From: Chara braunii
Lineage: Eukaryota > Plantae > Charophyceae
Direction: 5' to 3'
DNA length: 64,000 nucleotides
Assembly: GCA_003427395.1 (NCBI GenBank)
Contig: BFEA01000041.1
Location: forward strand, 2,381,396 to 2,445,395
The translations under genes were made by a program, and so were the position numbers. Position 1 is the first letter of the stretch. Each line of letters starts with the position of its first letter. This document shows positions 1-12,147 of this stretch, in pieces. The notes under the pieces are model-generated. The model was not told where the DNA came from. It searched no databases and worked only from the letters and a program-made list of their open reading frames with translations.

Positions 1-66
<66 letters not shown>
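1..66. repeat. (AG)n microsatellite
   Basis: Perfect AG run at the window start. Confidence 0.97.
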
Positions 67-71
<5 letters not shown>

Positions 72-583
72 CGGAGTGATGGTCAGAAGTACAGTGGGAT
101 GGATGGAGTGATGGATGATGGGGAGTCCCATTGCTTGTGAAATGCAGATTGATGCATGAATGGAGAGCCAACTTGTCCTGGACCGTAGACGGATGGATGA
201 ATGAATGGATCGATGGAGAAACTTGCTGATTGCGGAATGTGGGCGCAGAAAGATGAATGTGTGCAATGTGGACCAGCAGGGTCACCGTGGCTGTTGGACA
301 TTATGTGATTGATTGATTGATTGGTTTGTTAAAGTTGTTCAACATTATAATTTCGTTTCCTGCTTGCTCCTTCCATCCTGAATCAGATTCTATGGATCAC
401 CTTGTTATTTAAATAAAAAAAAAAAAAGGAAGAAAGGAAGAAAGAAAGAAAGAACAAGAGGTTCAGCTTGATGCTCTCACACTGTTGGACAATGGTTCAC
501 ATGAAGAGCCGCTCTCAGTTTTGGATCTCCGAAATTGGTGGACTGAGGTTTGGAAATTGGTTGGTTCGCATTTCGATTGGCAG

Positions 584-800
584 GCCCACATTCATCAGAA
601 TTGTGAAGGAGAAGGAGGTCGGCGATTTCTCCATTCTACCTTATATTGCCACATGGGTGAACTGTGTGGTATGGACTTACTTCGGGCTCCCGATGGTCTC
701 AGATGACAACATGACGGTTGCGACGATCAATGGAATCGGTATACTCTTCTCCACGGTTTTCATCGTCATATATCTGCTGAACTGCAAGCCAGGTAGAAGG
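584..800 (+). CDS. SWEET: SWEET/MtN3 sugar transporter, internal exon (equivalent to canonical exon 3; TM2-TM3)
   Basis: CAG acceptor at 581-583 and GTAAGT donor at 801; 217 nt, phase 2 to phase 0. Encodes PTFIRIVKEKEVGDFSILPYIATWVNCVVWTYFGLPMVSDDNMTVATINGIG..., carrying the MtN3 motifs PTF..I.K, FS..PY, NC..W..(Y/F)G and TINGIG. Confidence 0.93.
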
Positions 801-939
801 GTAAGTTCGCCGGGGCAGCACGTACATGCAACCTTTTTTTTCTTTTTTTTTTCAGTTAAGGGCCCAGTGCCAAAGGCAAAATGAGCAGTACGTACATGCA
901 CCCTTTTTGTGTGTGTGTTTGACAAATGTCGTGTTTCAT

Positions 940-1068
940 AAAACCACCCGTACACCCAGGCCTGGCGGCGCCACAATGCACGCCAAGCATTGCCGAACCG
1001 CCAGCAGCAGACTCTTTTTTTCTCTTTCGGCTGGCGCTGCCAGCCATTTTGGTCTGGCAATCCCCAGC

Positions 1069-1105
<37 letters not shown>

Positions 1106-1168
1106 CCTGGCACCACCAGCTATTGTGGTCCAGGCAAAAATCTTGCAAGGCTTGGGCTGTGTACAGGC

Positions 1169-1201
<33 letters not shown>

Positions 1202-1264
1202 CCAGAATCTAAGGAGTAGGTGATGAAGAAATCTTGCAAGGCTTGGGCCATTTACTGGCGGTTT
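940..1264. mobile_element. Degenerate copy of the ACCACCAGTAC-TIR MITE family
   Basis: Ends AAACCACCCGTAC and TACTGGCGGTTT; interior (990-1065) is the reverse-complement homologue of 14840-14920. Confidence 0.6.
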
Positions 1265-1601
1265 GGAAAGGGCCCAGACTGGGTGCCCAAGTCTGAAAAA
1301 AACAGAAGTAGAGAGCATCGCGAAAACAAACAGGAGCCAATAGGTCTCAGACCTTCAACCCTCAAAAGGCAATACATTTTTTTCCATCACACAGCAAATC
1401 ATTTTAACCACAGCAGATGGTCAGCCCGTACGTGTTCCCGACGTGTAATGAACTCTGAGCTGTGCTGAGCTTTTCTGATGAGCTTCAGTTAGTACTTCAA
1501 GTTTGCTTGTCATGATCTTCTTTTGTACTTGGTTGTTGCTTTGATCGTTCGAGCTCCTCCTTTTCTTATCTCCCTGTGGCTCTCATCTACTCTTTGAGCT
1601 G

Positions 1602-1602
<1 letters not shown>

Positions 1603-1654
<52 letters not shown>

Positions 1655-1655
1655 N

Positions 1656-1744
<89 letters not shown>
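1603..1744. repeat. Compound (CT)n(CA)n microsatellite
   Basis: Direct reading; contains one N. Confidence 0.97.
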
Positions 1745-1749
<5 letters not shown>

Positions 1750-2803
1750 CCTCCAGCTGTGCAATCTGTAGAACTGAATGAACCTCCCCCTGCCGCACAA
1801 CCTGTAGAGTCTGATGATATCGTAGTGCTACAGCGAGGCTACTGCACGTACTATGCCACAAACATTATTCCCATTAATGTTTGTCTCCTCGCTTACAATT
1901 GCAACCCCCTTATACTGTATCTGATTTTGCAGATATTGTCCGCTCCTGGCGTGAACATATAAGTTCTCTCTATGACATTCATGGGTAGGCAACTACAACT
2001 GCAGCCTGCCCCGCATAAGCACGTGCCAGGCATGGATCCGAATATTCGTGCGTACATCATTCAGGTCATTTCGGGGCTGTTACTTTTGTGGATAATTCGT
2101 GGACTCTATAGGACAATGGCAGTAGGGTGCACAGAGTGGGAAACATTAACTGTTTTCTATTACCAAGCGGTAGAACATCACTCGGTCTGGCTCGTCCATT
2201 GAGAACAGTATGCCGATGCGCACCCGCAACCTCTACGTCCTCCGGAGAGCAATCCGGCTGAACCACATTGTTCCCCTGTCAATGGCCAGGCAGAGAGTCA
2301 TCCCTCTGTAGATAGGCCGGACTCTACGACGGACAGTGAAGGGGCCTCTCCAGAGGACGATGGCTGTGCCGTCCCATTCTGTTGTCACACAACAACAGTT
2401 CAGTTAGCATGCACATGGCATAGTCTCTGCTCCAAACACTATGAAGGGATGGACCTGGATGGTCACTGCCAGCCTCTGCCGCGAAAACTGCGATCCTTTT
2501 CGTCTTGTTATCATCCTTCCCACCCCCTAGTAATTGCTTGCCCGGCATGCCGTCGTGACCGCGACATGCCACGTCTAAATAGCTGTGAACATCAGCCTGC
2601 TTTCCTGCTGACATGTCAGCAACATGCCATGCATTGTCAGTGTATGTGTCCCTTTTGCATGGACTATCCCCTCTGTCATGCAGCTCAAAACCCCAAGATT
2701 CTGTATTTCTGACTGTTCGATCCTGGTAATCTTTTTTTTTTTTTTTTTTAACAATAATCTACAATCCAGATCAAAGAATAATTATGGGGTAACTTCAGTA
2801 GAG

Positions 2804-3003
2804 TCACAAAAACGAGTTTTTTTTTTTTTTTTTTCCTTTTCAAAAACGAGTTATAATTGCACTATGGGGCAAGATACAGTTTTCAATTGCACTTCAGGCA
2901 CCCTACCTGGCCAGAAAGCTGGGCTGTATAGATTGCCCGAACTGCATTTCGAAACTGTTTGAATTCTTGGCCCCCACAGTGCAATTATAACTCGTTTTTG
3001 TGA
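2804..3003. mobile_element. Small inverted-repeat element (MITE-like) with a poly(T) insertion in the left arm
   Basis: CAAAAACGAGTTATAATTGCACTATGGGGC (2841-2870) pairs with GCCCCCACAGTGCAATTATAACTCGTTTTTGTGA (2970-3003). Confidence 0.6.
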
Positions 3004-4113
3004 ATCCCGCGTATTTTGGCTCTCATGGAGTCTGTCCAAGGAGGTGAACTTCAAGCGCGCTGCGAACGGGTGGCCGTGCTGTACAAGCAGCCAATGAGAT
3101 GATTCATGATTTTTTTTTTAATTTTATTTTGTTTTTTTCTTTCTCCCCTTTTTTCTAATTAAAAAAAGCTGCCTTGTCCTCATTGGGGGACAGCCATGCA
3201 TTTTTCTCTCACCTCACATATTTTTTAACTGGCGTTCTGCCATGTCATGGAGCATAGGCAAATGCTCGGTCCTTGTGTCAGCAAGGGCCCCACCGGCGCC
3301 CCAACCCCGCACCCTAAACGCTAGGGCAGAGGGGCTAACATGCCCTTACCTCTCTCCACCGAGAGAGGTAACCTGCGTTCATCGAAGAGAGGTAGAAAGC
3401 TATGCTTGCAGGGGTCCCCTGTATAGCCTCAGGAGTAGTGGTAGGTAGTGAAAGAAAGATATGTGCCATGATTCATGATTTTGATCGGACGATCTTTGTG
3501 CCAGCAATTTTCCCTCTAAAGAATGTGTTCTAGTCCCATGGGCTCTCTATGATACAGGACTTCCACGGACTGTGGTTCATGCACAGATCCTTTTTTTTTT
3601 TTTTTAATTAAAGCTCCGATTTATTTTGTGGGGAGCAGCGCGTGATCAGCATCCTGAGACTTTGAAAGGTGACTGGTCACAAGACTAAATTAAATGGTGA
3701 CAGCCCACGGTTGATGTGTTCATAACCTGGTGTCCATTGCAGACTGTCCTTCGCTGGAGAATTTCTCTTAAACCACCAGACTGAGTACCTTTGCCGTTTC
3801 GTTTCGGCAAATTTTAGCCTATTCCCGAACTTTTAGGGTGCCGGCCCCGATAACAGCTGTCGTGTCCTTTGGTGAAGAATTTCTCTTAACACTCTCATGC
3901 ATGCCATCATTGCATGGTGGATGTGTCCCTTTTTTTTCACCTTTTGATTTTTTTTGTTTGTTTTTTCTTTTTGGTGTGTGAGAAAGTCCTTTTTTTTTTG
4001 TTTTTTTGCGGGGAATCGAGCCCGGCATCTCTTACAAAAAAAAAGTTTCTTTTATTTTTTTTTACACCTTTTGATTTTCGAACTGATGAGGTGCATCTGT
4101 TCTTTGGTCGCAG

Positions 4114-4272
4114 ACTAAGGTATGGATATTGATCGCCTGCTCGGTCGCATTCGTAGTCATTTTGATTACTACAACGCTTGTGTTTGTGGAGAAAAGCAAA
4201 CGGCCGAATATCGTCGGCCCTTTTGGACTCATCTTTTCAACTGCACTTTACGTAGCACCAACAATGATTTTG
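4114..4272 (+). CDS. SWEET: SWEET transporter exon (equivalent to exon 4; TM4-TM5)
   Basis: CAG acceptor at 4111-4113 and GTAAGT donor at 4273; 159 nt, phase 0/0. Encodes TKVWILIACSVAFVVILITTTLVFVEKSKRPNIVGPFGLIFSTALYVAPTMIL, matching R..IVG......F...Y.(S/A)P. Confidence 0.9.
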
Positions 4273-4439
4273 GTAAGTACCTGCTGTGTAAAAAAAAAAG
4301 AAAAAAAAAAAGAAGAAAAAGTACCTGCTGTGTCATGCCCTGTTTTCTGTCTTTGTTTTTTCTCTTTTTCTCTTTTTTTCTTGCCCCTAATTTACTTTGT
4401 TGTGTCCAGCAGGATTTGAGACAATGATTGTTTTTTTAT

Positions 4440-5031
4440 CCAAAGACATAGCAAGTGTGAAGAACTGAGCCCCATACAGCTGGTTGGAGTATTCTCGCCT
4501 CTCCAGCGGCAAGGTCCCACTTATAAACTCACAGGAAGAGTGTGGCAGTGGGATTGGAGAAGTATACTCCTGGGTCATTGGGAACCTACAGATGGTCAAC
4601 TCTCATCTTTTCAATATAACCTATATACGGCTGGGCGCACAGTGATGCTATGGATACTTTGGTATAGACGGTGCGTTCATGAAAGAGAAAAAGTTAGACT
4701 GGATANTAAGGAAACAAATACAATTATGGTACAAATGTTACACACAGAGATTCGTTCTCAATGGGAAAAACTCAAAATTAAGTTAAATATGTTTCAACAA
4801 AAAAAAGATATCCACAACTATATTCGAGAATTTGAAAGAGATTGGCTGGGGAGAGACGAGGGCGGAGGTCTGGGTGAGGTGAAGTGGCCAGGAGGAACAG
4901 GGANGGAAATCCTTTTCAAGAGGGACTTCCATCTCGAATTCAGGGACTGGTTCTCACTTCAAGCAGGCNATTCCCTCAGATCTCCAGATTTCTTCCCTGA
5001 CCCTTTCCCTTCTTCAAAGTTATCATTGGTG
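4440..5031 (+). mobile_element. LINE ORF2 C-terminal fragment (family C/D), runs into a gap
   Basis: WDWRSILLGHW...RDWLGRDEG...RDFHLEFRDWF...LRSPDFFPDPFP is homologous to the ORF2 end at 28130-28656 and 32369-32953. Confidence 0.85.
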
Positions 5032-5991
5032 NNNNNNNNNNNNNNNNNNNNNNNNNNNNNNNNNNNNNNNNNNNNNNNNNNNNNNNNNNNNNNNNNNNNN
5101 NNNNNNNNNNNNNNNNNNNNNNNNNNNNNNNNNNNNNNNNNNNNNNNNNNNNNNNNNNNNNNNNNNNNNNNNNNNNNNNNNNNNNNNNNNNNNNNNNNNN
5201 NNNNNNNNNNNNNNNNNNNNNNNNNNNNNNNNNNNNNNNNNNNNNNNNNNNNNNNNNNNNNNNNNNNNNNNNNNNNNNNNNNNNNNNNNNNNNNNNNNNN
5301 NNNNNNNNNNNNNNNNNNNNNNNNNNNNNNNNNNNNNNNNNNNNNNNNNNNNNNNNNNNNNNNNNNNNNNNNNNNNNNNNNNNNNNNNNNNNNNNNNNNN
5401 NNNNNNNNNNNNNNNNNNNNNNNNNNNNNNNNNNNNNNNNNNNNNNNNNNNNNNNNNNNNNNNNNNNNNNNNNNNNNNNNNNNNNNNNNNNNNNNNNNNN
5501 NNNNNNNNNNNNNNNNNNNNNNNNNNNNNNNNNNNNNNNNNNNNNNNNNNNNNNNNNNNNNNNNNNNNNNNNNNNNNNNNNNNNNNNNNNNNNNNNNNNN
5601 NNNNNNNNNNNNNNNNNNNNNNNAAACAGTCACCATCCCATTCTTGCCGGAAAGCGGGTCCGGCGTCCCTCACATTAGCCGTGGTGCTTTGGGCTGGGCA
5701 CGGCACTCCTGGCCAAACCCATCCCCACCACAGCAAAAGACCTGTGTTGGATGGTTTATCAGAAAAGAAAACAGAAAAAACCGACAACAAACTCCCATTA
5801 CCCCAATCTACCAACTGTCTATCAACTGTCTATCTATCTATCCAACGCTTGTCTCCGAGCAGCAAAAGGGATGCATAGCCTAAACAAGTCAACTTCAAAT
5901 GAGCAGCAATTAATCTACCATTTGTGTACAATCCGTCCACAATTCATGAACCAAAGCAATAGTAAGCAATATTCAGCAAAAATAGGCAAAG

Positions 5992-8900
5992 CTAAACGAA
6001 AAAGGCAGAAAATCTCAACACCGGTGATCCGTGTAGCTGCATGTCCACGGTAGCCAGGCCCGAAAAAGCTCCCCATCTGTTCCCAAACCACTTGAGTGCC
6101 TTGGCTGAGTACCCCTTTTTGAGGACTCGGTGCTCCCAATCTGCCGAGATGGCCGATTTGATGGAGTATTTAATTTCCGCTCTGACCATTGGCGGCGTCA
6201 AACGCTCTCCTCTTCTGATCCTTGTGTTCCTGAGGTTCCAGAAAGTCCGCAGTATGGCACCTCTAATTGTCTCTTCTGTGAGTCCAGATTGTAATTGGGG
6301 TGTCGTTCTCCTTGCGGCGGTCCCTACGAGGATGAAGTTATCCTCCCAGCGGGACTCCGCCCCGGGGATGGGCACACCCGATTGTCGCCACCATTCCCAG
6401 AACGGCCTGGTAAGCTCACAATGCAACAAAAAATGTTGAATGTCCTCCATCCGGGTCCCCGGGCACAGTTGACACTCCGGTACTGCCTTAGTAGTCTTCC
6501 TGGCACACCAAGTGTTGACCGGCAATGCCTGGTGCATCAGCAACCAGAGCAAACTTGAATGCTTCATCACCGTCAGTTCCAACAGCTGTTTCCAAAAGGC
6601 CGGGAGTGCCGCTGTTAATCGTGTCACAGTATCTGCCACCCAGCCTGTTGCCATCCATCTTCGGGCCACTGTCCAATTGATATCTGTCGACGGTGTCATC
6701 AAAAGGTAGCCAAGTTTTGTCGTGTATTCTGTTAAGATTACCCTTTCGTCAGGATGTAACGGATGCTTCCACGCCCAATCTCTGGGATCGACCGGTAAGT
6801 TGTATGTAGGCGTCTGTAAAAAGAACGGCCTGCAACTTTGTTTGAGTTCCAATACACAAATCGGCACTAGCTGATCAGCAGGGGGGAGAGGAAGCTGTTC
6901 CTCTGACAATTGTAGAGGTTCCCCCACCGAATCAGCCCCTCCTCGTACCTGCCAGCAGGTGTTTGGGATTGCCACCACGTCCGAATATTCCTCTATTCTC
7001 CAAATGAGGTCAGGCGCCGGCTGTTGAGTTCTCTTATACCACATTCCTTTGAGCAATCTAGGCCCCATTCTCAACGTCTGCACCCAGTGTTGAGGCACCG
7101 CATTTTTCAGCTGTTCCAGATGCTCAGCCTGGTGCCACAATCCCGAAAGTTTTGGAGCCAACAATTCTACGGATTTCCAGTCGGAGGTCTCCAAGTCCCA
7201 AATGTCAGCTATAGTTCCTATCCCTCGAGCCATCCAGTCCCAAATGTCAGCTATAGTTCCTATCCCTCGAGCCATCCATGCATTGCCAAATTCTCGTGGT
7301 CCAAAGCATCTAAAAGGGCACCCCTGAAGATCTAGCAAAAAGGGATTATTGAATAGTGGCTGCGTCATCAGTCTCTCAAAGACAAGGGGGGGAGGTTGCA
7401 ATTCAGGACAAACTCCTCTCCATGCTTTCAATATCCCTGTCCATATACCAGGAGGTAATCTTTTGCGGTGATAATCAGGATTAAGGACCGTTAACCATAT
7501 ACATCTAAGATCTGTCCATTCCAACTCGGAAAACAGTGAATATTCAGCAAGCTGCCGCCATGCCGAGTTGGGGCTTTCCGAGATTACCCACGACACCCAT
7601 CTCGCAAGAAGAGCCTCGATTTGTCGTTCTGGGTCCAAGATCGCCAGTCCCCCCTTGCATTTTGGCTGGGTAATGGTCTGCCATGCAACTTTTGGCAGGA
7701 AATTATCATCATTCAGCTCTTCTTTCCACAGGTAATGTGTCAGCAAATGTCGTATGGTCTGAAGCGACGGCGGGTCGAGCTGATGCAGTGATCTGTGGTA
7801 CCACACTGTGGACAGCACCGCATTATTGATTACCAAGGCTCGACCAAACAAGCTGGCTCCCTTGTATTTGATCCATGGCTGTAATGCTGCTCTCAGGCCC
7901 GCCACAGCTACAGATGGGTCTTGTATCAGTCGCGGGTCGAAAGACAGCTGATGACCCAACAGTCTTTCGTGCGTAGTCGGAGCCACTATCGTGAGTCCCC
8001 AGGTAAGCGGTGGCTGTTGACCAGGAGGTATCAAGACGGGGGATTTTGTCCAATTGACCTGGGCCTGTGAAAGATGGCAAAACAGATCTATAGTATTTCT
8101 CAGCGCAAAAAAGGCTTGGTCTGTCAAGGGGGAGAAGGCAACAGAGTCATCTGCAAACGCTTCCGATTTCAGCTGCTCTCCGGAAGGAAGAAGAAAGCCC
8201 GGTATCTTTGGGCTCGATCTCATCATGATATGCATAATCTCTACATACATTAGGTACAAATAGGGCGCCACAGGGCACCCCTGTCTAACTGATCTACCTA
8301 ATCTGATCGGGGCTGACAGGGCCCCATTCACACAGATCTGGGAAGTGGCGTTTTGCAACAGGCTGCCAACAACATGTTTAAACTTCGAACTAAATCCAAA
8401 GGCTGTGAGTGTTGCTTGCAAGAACTCCCAGCCCACACGGTCATAAGCTTTGGCCAGATCCAGTAAAATGATGGTCAGGTTCTCCTCACCCGATGCCACC
8501 AACTCGGCCAGTTGCTCTGCTACCATCACATTGTGTAAAATTTGTTTGTTCTGAAGGAAGCCTGTCTGGGTTCGGTGTATGAGGGACGGGAGCACTTTCT
8601 ATAACCTTGCAGTCAGTATTTTGGAGAGGATTTTATACAACACAGGCATAAGCGTGATAGGTCTGTAATTCGCTATGTCTGTGCGATCCCCTTTTTTGAA
8701 AACAAAGGTGATGATACCCTATAACGCTGGAGCAGGCAAAGAAGCTCCATTCCACACACTTTGACAGATGATCAACAGTTCTGGTAGCAGATGTAGTGAG
8801 AACCCTCGAAAAAATTGGGTTGGCAGACCGTCCAATCTAGGTGTTTTATGGCATGCTAGTGACGCTACTGCGTCCGCCAGCTCCTGCATGAGAATGTCAG

Positions 8901-10299
8901 TCTCCAGCGATTGTTGTTGTCGATCCGTCAATTTATTACTCACTTTTGACCAGACTTCTTCATGGAACTGCTGGAGCAGTTGCTGTTTCGTGTATTGCGC
9001 TTGTGATGTAAACAAACTTTCATAAAATAAAGAGATATTTACTACAATTGCTCGGGTTTGTGTGGCCAATGGTGTTGAAGCATCGAATGGGTGTCGAATA
9101 GCGGTTATCAGCTGCGGTTTCCGGGGCGGGCGGTGAGCGGCAAAAAAGGAAGAAGTCATGCGATCTCCTTTCACCAACCAACCTATTCGTCTATTGTGAA
9201 TTACATTCCTCATCGCTGGTTGGGTCCATTCCACCTAGCGCTGTCGAAGCTGTTCCGTTCGAGCGATGAGGACTTGTTCCTCACCCGGAGTGGTTGCAGT
9301 CGTCGCTAAACGTTGTAGGGTCGCAATCTCATCATTTATGTTCCGCAGTTCTGAGGGATTAAGCAGGAGTATGGAGTTCTTGATGGACAGCCCTCTTTGC
9401 AGAATTATTCGCTGCCCTCCCTGGAACCAATCGACCAGGGAGGGGAAGAGGTTCTGAGTCGTTCTCCACTTTGGCCAAAACTCGTAAACAAAGTGTGAAA
9501 ACTCCGCTGTCCTCACCACCCATTCAGGCAACGCTATCCTTTCTCTACCAACTCGAATGGAAACATGAAGAAAAAACTCTAAAAAAATTGGCATGTGGTC
9601 TGATCCCGCATATGGCACAACAAAGCATCTCGACAGTCTAGGTAGCAAAACATTGGCTGCAAAAAAGAGGTCAATCCGACTCCTAGGCAGATATTGCTGG
9701 TGGGGGGCCCCTGCAGAGAAAAAGGTGAATCCTTTATCAAAAGGGTGCAGCATTCTATAGAGATCGGAAAATCCGTTGGCATAGGTGAAATTGGCCAATT
9801 GAACAACATCATTCCCAGTCAGACCAGTTCGCATCGAGTCAACGCCCGGGAGCAGGGTTGTGTTCCAATCCCCTCCCAATATTAGGTTGTCTACTCGGGG
9901 GATTATCCATGCCAGCGATTTGAACAGGTCGACTCTATCTGCCTGAGAGGTAGGGGCGTAAAGGTTAAAAATAGCCCACTGTTCCTGACGCACCATGATT
10001 CTAACCCACACCCATCGACCAAACGGATCAGAGCAGTGGTCAATGACAACAAAAGGTGGGGTCCTTGTAATGAGTATTGCAACGCCTCCTCTTGTTCCTT
10101 GGGTGGGGGCCTAAAACTGTTCCCCCAGCCACCAACCTATCTGTTCAGTGATCGCTGCGTCATTCAGTTTTGTCTCCTACAATAACACTATCTGAATCCC
10201 TCTGTTTCTGGCCAGAGTTTTGATTAAGGATCGTTTGACAGCGACCCTTCTCGATCCCAACCCCCGTATGTTCCAAAAAACTAATCTGATTGTGTCCAT
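5992..10299 (-). pseudogene. LINE A ORF2 (APE endonuclease, reverse transcriptase, C-terminal CCHC), five in-frame stops
   Basis: MDTIRLVFWNIRGL, L*ETK, NLYAP, GGDWN, SRID and SDH (APE); NYRPITL, LDLAKAYDRV, SVRQGCP and FADD (RT); CQLC...QHFLLHC. All segments are in one frame. Confidence 0.93.
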
Positions 10300-10303
10300 T
10301 TCT

Positions 10304-12147
10304 CTATTGTTGAGGCCAGTCAGCACGTTTGAGCATCAAGAATTGATTGCAGAAAATGATTTTGTGCCACGGAATATGGGAGTCCACCTGCGTGAGTAGC
10401 ACAACATTCCAATTGTCATACACTTTGGTATCGGTTGCAGTCTGTCCAGCAGGGTTTTTGAACAGTTGCAGCGAGATCCAACGTAACCCAGTGAGTGGAG
10501 GGGGCCCTTGGCTTGCTGGGTTAACAATTGCATCTATCATTGGGAAACAGAGAATATCTGTTCTCCCCTGAGCATTCGTCGGTGTTAGCCTCACCCATTC
10601 CATGGTCGGGTAGGGTCTGATTCTGTAAGCTGGTGTCAACCACTTTTGAATTTTCGCCATCACCGATTCAAAAGTAGGCTCAGTGTGTGTTTCGTAGTGG
10701 GGGATGGAGAGAGATCCCTATGCCGAGAGGACAGCCATCAGCTGTAAATCCCCTTCCACTACCAAAAAAAAACAAGGGGATGACAACCCACGGCTGTCCT
10801 GATGCTAGAGCATCCTGAATGGAACCGGGGTACACCTCAGCTCCACAAGGCGGCTGCTGTCGGTGGTCATCGTTATGAAGGGGCGGTTCTCCCTCGCAAA
10901 GCGGCTCATCATCCTCCACCATATCAGCCCATGTAACAAACCTGCCATCCTGCTTCCGGGCGGGGTTTTGTCTTTGATATGGTTTGTAACCTGGCGTATT
11001 CGGTCCTCCAGAAAACATTTTTCTCCCGCGATGTTGCAATGCTGAGTCTTTTTGTGACTGCATATATACCTCTGGTCCTGCCACCGGCTGCTGCTGAGAC
11101 ACAGGAGGATGCATCCCTACCTGAGAGGTACCTAACATGGCTTCTGTTGTAGCAACTATAGTAGAGGTGGCGGGTCCTGCAAACAGCAGGCCCTTCATTA
11201 ACCCTGATCCGGACGGACCCGGTGCGGAGGTAACCGGAGCGGGCAAAGGGCTTGTGGGCAGTAGTATTCCCGATGTTGTCGGGGAAGACAGGAGTGGTTG
11301 TGTCCCTGTCGGCACCGGGTCCGCAGACCCAACACTCAATCCTGAGGAAGGCGGAACTATCGAGGTTCGAGTGATAACAGGTCCAGAGGACATCTGAGCA
11401 GTTGTCACCGATCCAGAAGGTTTTGTCGTCTTTTTAGGGCATGCCTCATCCCCAGTCTTGTGACCATACCAACGACAGTCATGGCACCATGGAGAATCCT
11501 GTATGACAATCTCCACATTGTGCCAACCCTGCGACGATCGAAATTTAAGGAACTTAGTCACTCTAGACTTCGCTCGCGGGTGAAGGTCAAAACGACGATT
11601 CACCAATCAGGGTGCAGCCTGATTTCTCTCAGGGGGATAGGATTTCAAAACCTGTCCGTACTCTCTTTTCACCGCAGCTTCCAGAAAGGGCATGGCCAGG
11701 AAGGGAACCCTCAAGACCCGAATCCAAAACCTTTGGGCTTGGAGGTCCTCCCTGGCTTTTGCTTGTTCAGAAGGAGTCGCCCATGGTTTGTATAGTACTT
11801 TGCACGGTTTTCCTCCCACCACGGCTTTATCTTCTCGCTGTAATGTGTTGATCAGCCAATCCCTTAACCATTGTCAAATCCCATCCCGATTCCATCGATC
11901 TCATCCATTCCTCTTTTTTGGCAAACGGAACCCCAACATCCAATCCCTGGAATACGATAAGGACACCATGCCTACGTAAGTATTCGACAGTGACCTCAGC
12001 TGCTCTCGGGTCTATGTCCACTATGACCGTGTCATTCGGATCATCACGGGTCGTGGCTATGTAGCTATCTGCTTTGCCCGGGTCTTCCTGCCCGGAGATG
12101 AAGCATCTACGCACCATCTCGCACAATTGTTCATGCTGCTGTTCCAT
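10304..12147 (-). pseudogene. LINE A ORF1 (plant L1-like N-terminal region, CX2CX4HX6C knuckle, low-complexity linker, extra C-terminal domain); disrupted
   Basis: ORF pieces 11827-12147, 11607-11822, 10680-11606 and 10304-10663 are colinear with LINE B ORF1. Motifs include YKPW, FWIRVLRVPF and CHDCRWYGHKTGDEAC. Confidence 0.85.
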
